A DNA stretch of 64,000 bases from an uncultured Polynucleobacter sp. (lineage in GTDB: Bacteria; Bdellovibrionota_B; Oligoflexia; Oligoflexales; RGVZ01), in contig CAYOEM010000012.1 in the NCBI GenBank assembly GCA_964402975.1, positions 1,293 through 65,292 on the forward strand, given 5' to 3'. Position numbers and translations under genes: made by a program. The first letter of the stretch is position 1. Each line of letters begins with the position of its first letter. The notes under the pieces were generated by a model. The model made no database searches. It was not told the DNA's origin and saw only the letters and a list, made by a program, of their open reading frames with translations. Shown piece after piece: positions 61,900-64,000 of this stretch.

Positions 61900-63899
61900 T
61901 ACCTCACGACTTCGTGAAGCCATCCATCGAGGATGGCTTTATTTTCGCCGTTTGAGATTTCACTTTCTACATCTCTCAGGATTTCTTCGCGGTACCTTGG
62001 GTCTACCTGATATTCACTTTTGATTTCGACTTGGCCGCCAATCGAGGTGCCGTGGTACTCATCACCTCCAGCGCGTCGTCGACGTCCACGACCTTGCTGT
62101 TTTTGACTTCTTGACGCGGCTTGCTGAGCGTCACGAAGAAGCCTGCCAGCAAGATCCGATGCGCTTTCAGCTTGTGCAAATTGAGAGCCTTCACCCGCAG
62201 TCAAAGTTAGTCCCATAGCTTCAATAGCAGCGTTCAAACGTTCGCCTGCATTAGGAGACAGAGCGCGAAGTTTGCCAAGTAGCCCATTGGCTTGACTGAC
62301 ATTGCTGTTTTCAGCCGCACGGGAAGCGGGCCACTTTTGTTGTACGTCCGCCAATCGCTCCGCGGCTCGATCCAGGTCAGTCGATATTTGATCTTGCCGT
62401 TGCTGTAGTTCACGCAAGTCATTCTGGGCATTAGCTATCCCCTGCTGGCGCTGTTTTTCGAGCTTTGCCCGAAGCTGATCTTCCTTGGCTTCAAGCTCCT
62501 CAATCCAGGCTCTGTATTGGCTGGCCAGCGTACTCAGATGTCCTTGCGACTTTTTTGGATCAAGCTCCGCATCGGCAAGAGTTCGGTTAACGTGAGCTTT
62601 AAAGGGCTTTTGCTGATTGATCCGCTCCCAGCTTGACGGCGCATTGCCCGGACCAAGAAACTTAACCCGGACGGCCCATCGCTTGTGACGCTCATCCAAA
62701 AAATTTAGCATGCGTGTCGCCATGTGCTTGGCTTCGAGAACTCTTTCTGATGTTGGCTTGTCGAGAGCTCTAGAGAATGCACGAATCGCTATGAACAAGT
62801 CGCGGTCCCGCTCTCGGTCATCTAGTATCTCGTGTTCCAGTAGAAACTCACCCACCTCATCAGCTATTTCCTGAGTTTTAAACGAAGATTTTGCGCTCAT
62901 GGCTTCCGCCAATTTCTGGGCCATTTGAGCTAGTTGAGAGCGGTCTAGTCCATCAAAAAAAGGTGTGTCTTCACTTTGTTTGAGAACGCTTTGCATGGTT
63001 TCCGTCGCCTTCGGCGGTATGGCCTGGCCACTGCTGCGTGCATCGTCGAGAGATGACTTGAGGGAACGCAAAGTGTCCAAAGCTTGTCGGTATCTGCCGT
63101 AGGCACTGGCTACCTTGACGTGTATGGGCTGACTTTTTCCAGTTAAAGGACTGGGTTCTGCCCGGTCTGTCGCCTCGGCAACGATGTCAAATTCAACAAC
63201 GTCTTCTTCCATCCAAGGCTGGAGATTGAGCTTGTAGACGGTGTCAACGGATGTTGTGTCACCAGAGATATTCAAAACGGATTCCTGGGCGGTTTTCTGT
63301 TTAGTCGTGATTTTTAGGAGAACTTTATCCAAAGGGTGCACTGATGAGACTTTTATTTTTAGAGTTAACAACTCATGGTCTGGCCAGGGATCTCTACCGA
63401 AGGATTCAAAAACCATGTCCACCTTGGGCGTCGGTAGTGGCGTTACCACGATCTTGGCAGCCGTCTTCGAGGATATTGCCGGTATGATCAAATCTGCCGT
63501 CTCAGGCGCGGAAAACTCGGCAGACCATAAAGTTTGCCGAGTGGTGGGTGGTCCAGCCGGGGACATTTGAATTGTCAATGGTGGGGTCGTGCCATCAGGC
63601 TTTAATGTGATCACCGGCGGCATCTGGGCAGACGAGACCTGTATAATAGTCAATCGAAGCATATTCGAAGGAATCAGCTCTATGGTCGGTGGTGAACTGG
63701 TTGAAAGACTTATAGGTTCGTTGATGTTGGTCCCGTTGGATTTCTTCGGGGCGGCACCGTCGAGAATTTCTAGTGTCATGCCCCCTGTTAAGGCGGTCAG
63801 TAATTGTCTGGCATCAGCTGCCGCTGTGGTTAGGTCGATAGGAGATTTCGTCAACATAAACGTCGCAAGCAAACTGGATAAGACAACCGAACCCGCCAT
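61899..63899 (-). CDS. large hypothetical coiled-coil protein; 5' end may lie beyond the window
   Basis: 666-aa ORF. The frame upstream of the first Met stays open to base 64000. TM segment near the N-terminus, followed by a long Gln/Arg/Ala-rich helical region. Confidence 0.6.
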   Translation of the reverse strand: MAGSVVLSSLLATFMLTKSPIDLTTAAADARQLLTALTGGMTLEILDGAAPKKSNGTNINEPISLSTSSPPTIELIPSNMLRLTIIQVSSAQMPPVITLKPDGTTPPLTIQMSPAGPPTTRQTLWSAEFSAPETADLIIPAISSKTAAKIVVTPLPTPKVDMVFESFGRDPWPDHELLTLKIKVSSVHPLDKVLLKITTKQKTAQESVLNISGDTTSVDTVYKLNLQPWMEEDVVEFDIVAEATDRAEPSPLTGKSQPIHVKVASAYGRYRQALDTLRSLKSSLDDARSSGQAIPPKATETMQSVLKQSEDTPFFDGLDRSQLAQMAQKLAEAMSAKSSFKTQEIADEVGEFLLEHEILDDRERDRDLFIAIRAFSRALDKPTSERVLEAKHMATRMLNFLDERHKRWAVRVKFLGPGNAPSSWERINQQKPFKAHVNRTLADAELDPKKSQGHLSTLASQYRAWIEELEAKEDQLRAKLEKQRQQGIANAQNDLRELQQRQDQISTDLDRAAERLADVQQKWPASRAAENSNVSQANGLLGKLRALSPNAGERLNAAIEAMGLTLTAGEGSQFAQAESASDLAGRLLRDAQQAASRSQKQQGRGRRRRAGGDEYHGTSIGGQVEIKSEYQVDPRYREEILRDVESEISNGENKAILDGWLHEVVR

Positions 63900-64000
63900 G
63901 GTGGACAGTCGCTGCGTTTCCCAGGACCTTAACTTTCGCTCTTCAAAAAGAAGCCTAGGCTCCCAATCCTTATGGGATTCTGATTGATCGGCTTCCCAAA

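Noticed and set aside
1-64000. CRISPR arrays, rRNA genes, additional tRNAs, retron or DGR reverse transcriptases
   Set aside because: None seen. There are no regularly spaced short repeats, no RT motifs in any long ORF, and only one full tRNA-like cloverleaf.

Overview
The window is about 64 kb of a Gram-negative bacterial chromosome of medium GC. My guess, at low confidence, is a Bdellovibrionota/Oligoflexia-like organism, based on the many lipoproteins, secreted proteases and Lys-rich protein tails. All calls come from reading the sequence and the ORF track by eye, with no searches or computations. Backbone genes I recognise are prmA, rsmE, a mitochondrial-type aconitase, an initiator tRNA-Met, an S8 protease, a dabB-dabA inorganic-carbon pump operon with flanking regulators, a di-haem cytochrome c peroxidase, a class III nucleotide cyclase, an M13 peptidase, glutathione peroxidase, thrS and an enolase-superfamily epimerase. 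The main accessory region is a ~14.6-kb integrated element at the 3' end of the tRNA-fMet gene (8109-22854). It is bounded by 154-bp direct repeats that differ at one base. It carries a tyrosine integrase, an excisionase-like HTH protein, a P-loop protein, an orphan HsdR_N-type nuclease-fold protein, many small secreted or lipoprotein genes, and an XRE-regulator plus giant Cys-rich TnsA-like nuclease gene pair. That pair is my best candidate for an undescribed system. An internal pair of 36-bp repeats resembles the att arm and suggests tandem accretion of two elements. Other points worth a second look: an intact IS with 17-bp target duplications, a nucleotidyltransferase/BrnA-like pair just outside attR, an HPF-like plus eRF1-like (baeRF) neighbourhood, a frameshifted membrane haem-motif gene, a 59-codon gene below the ORF-track cutoff, and a translationally coupled four-gene ferritin-like/NAD-binding/methyltransferase operon. 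I saw no CRISPR array and no rRNA.
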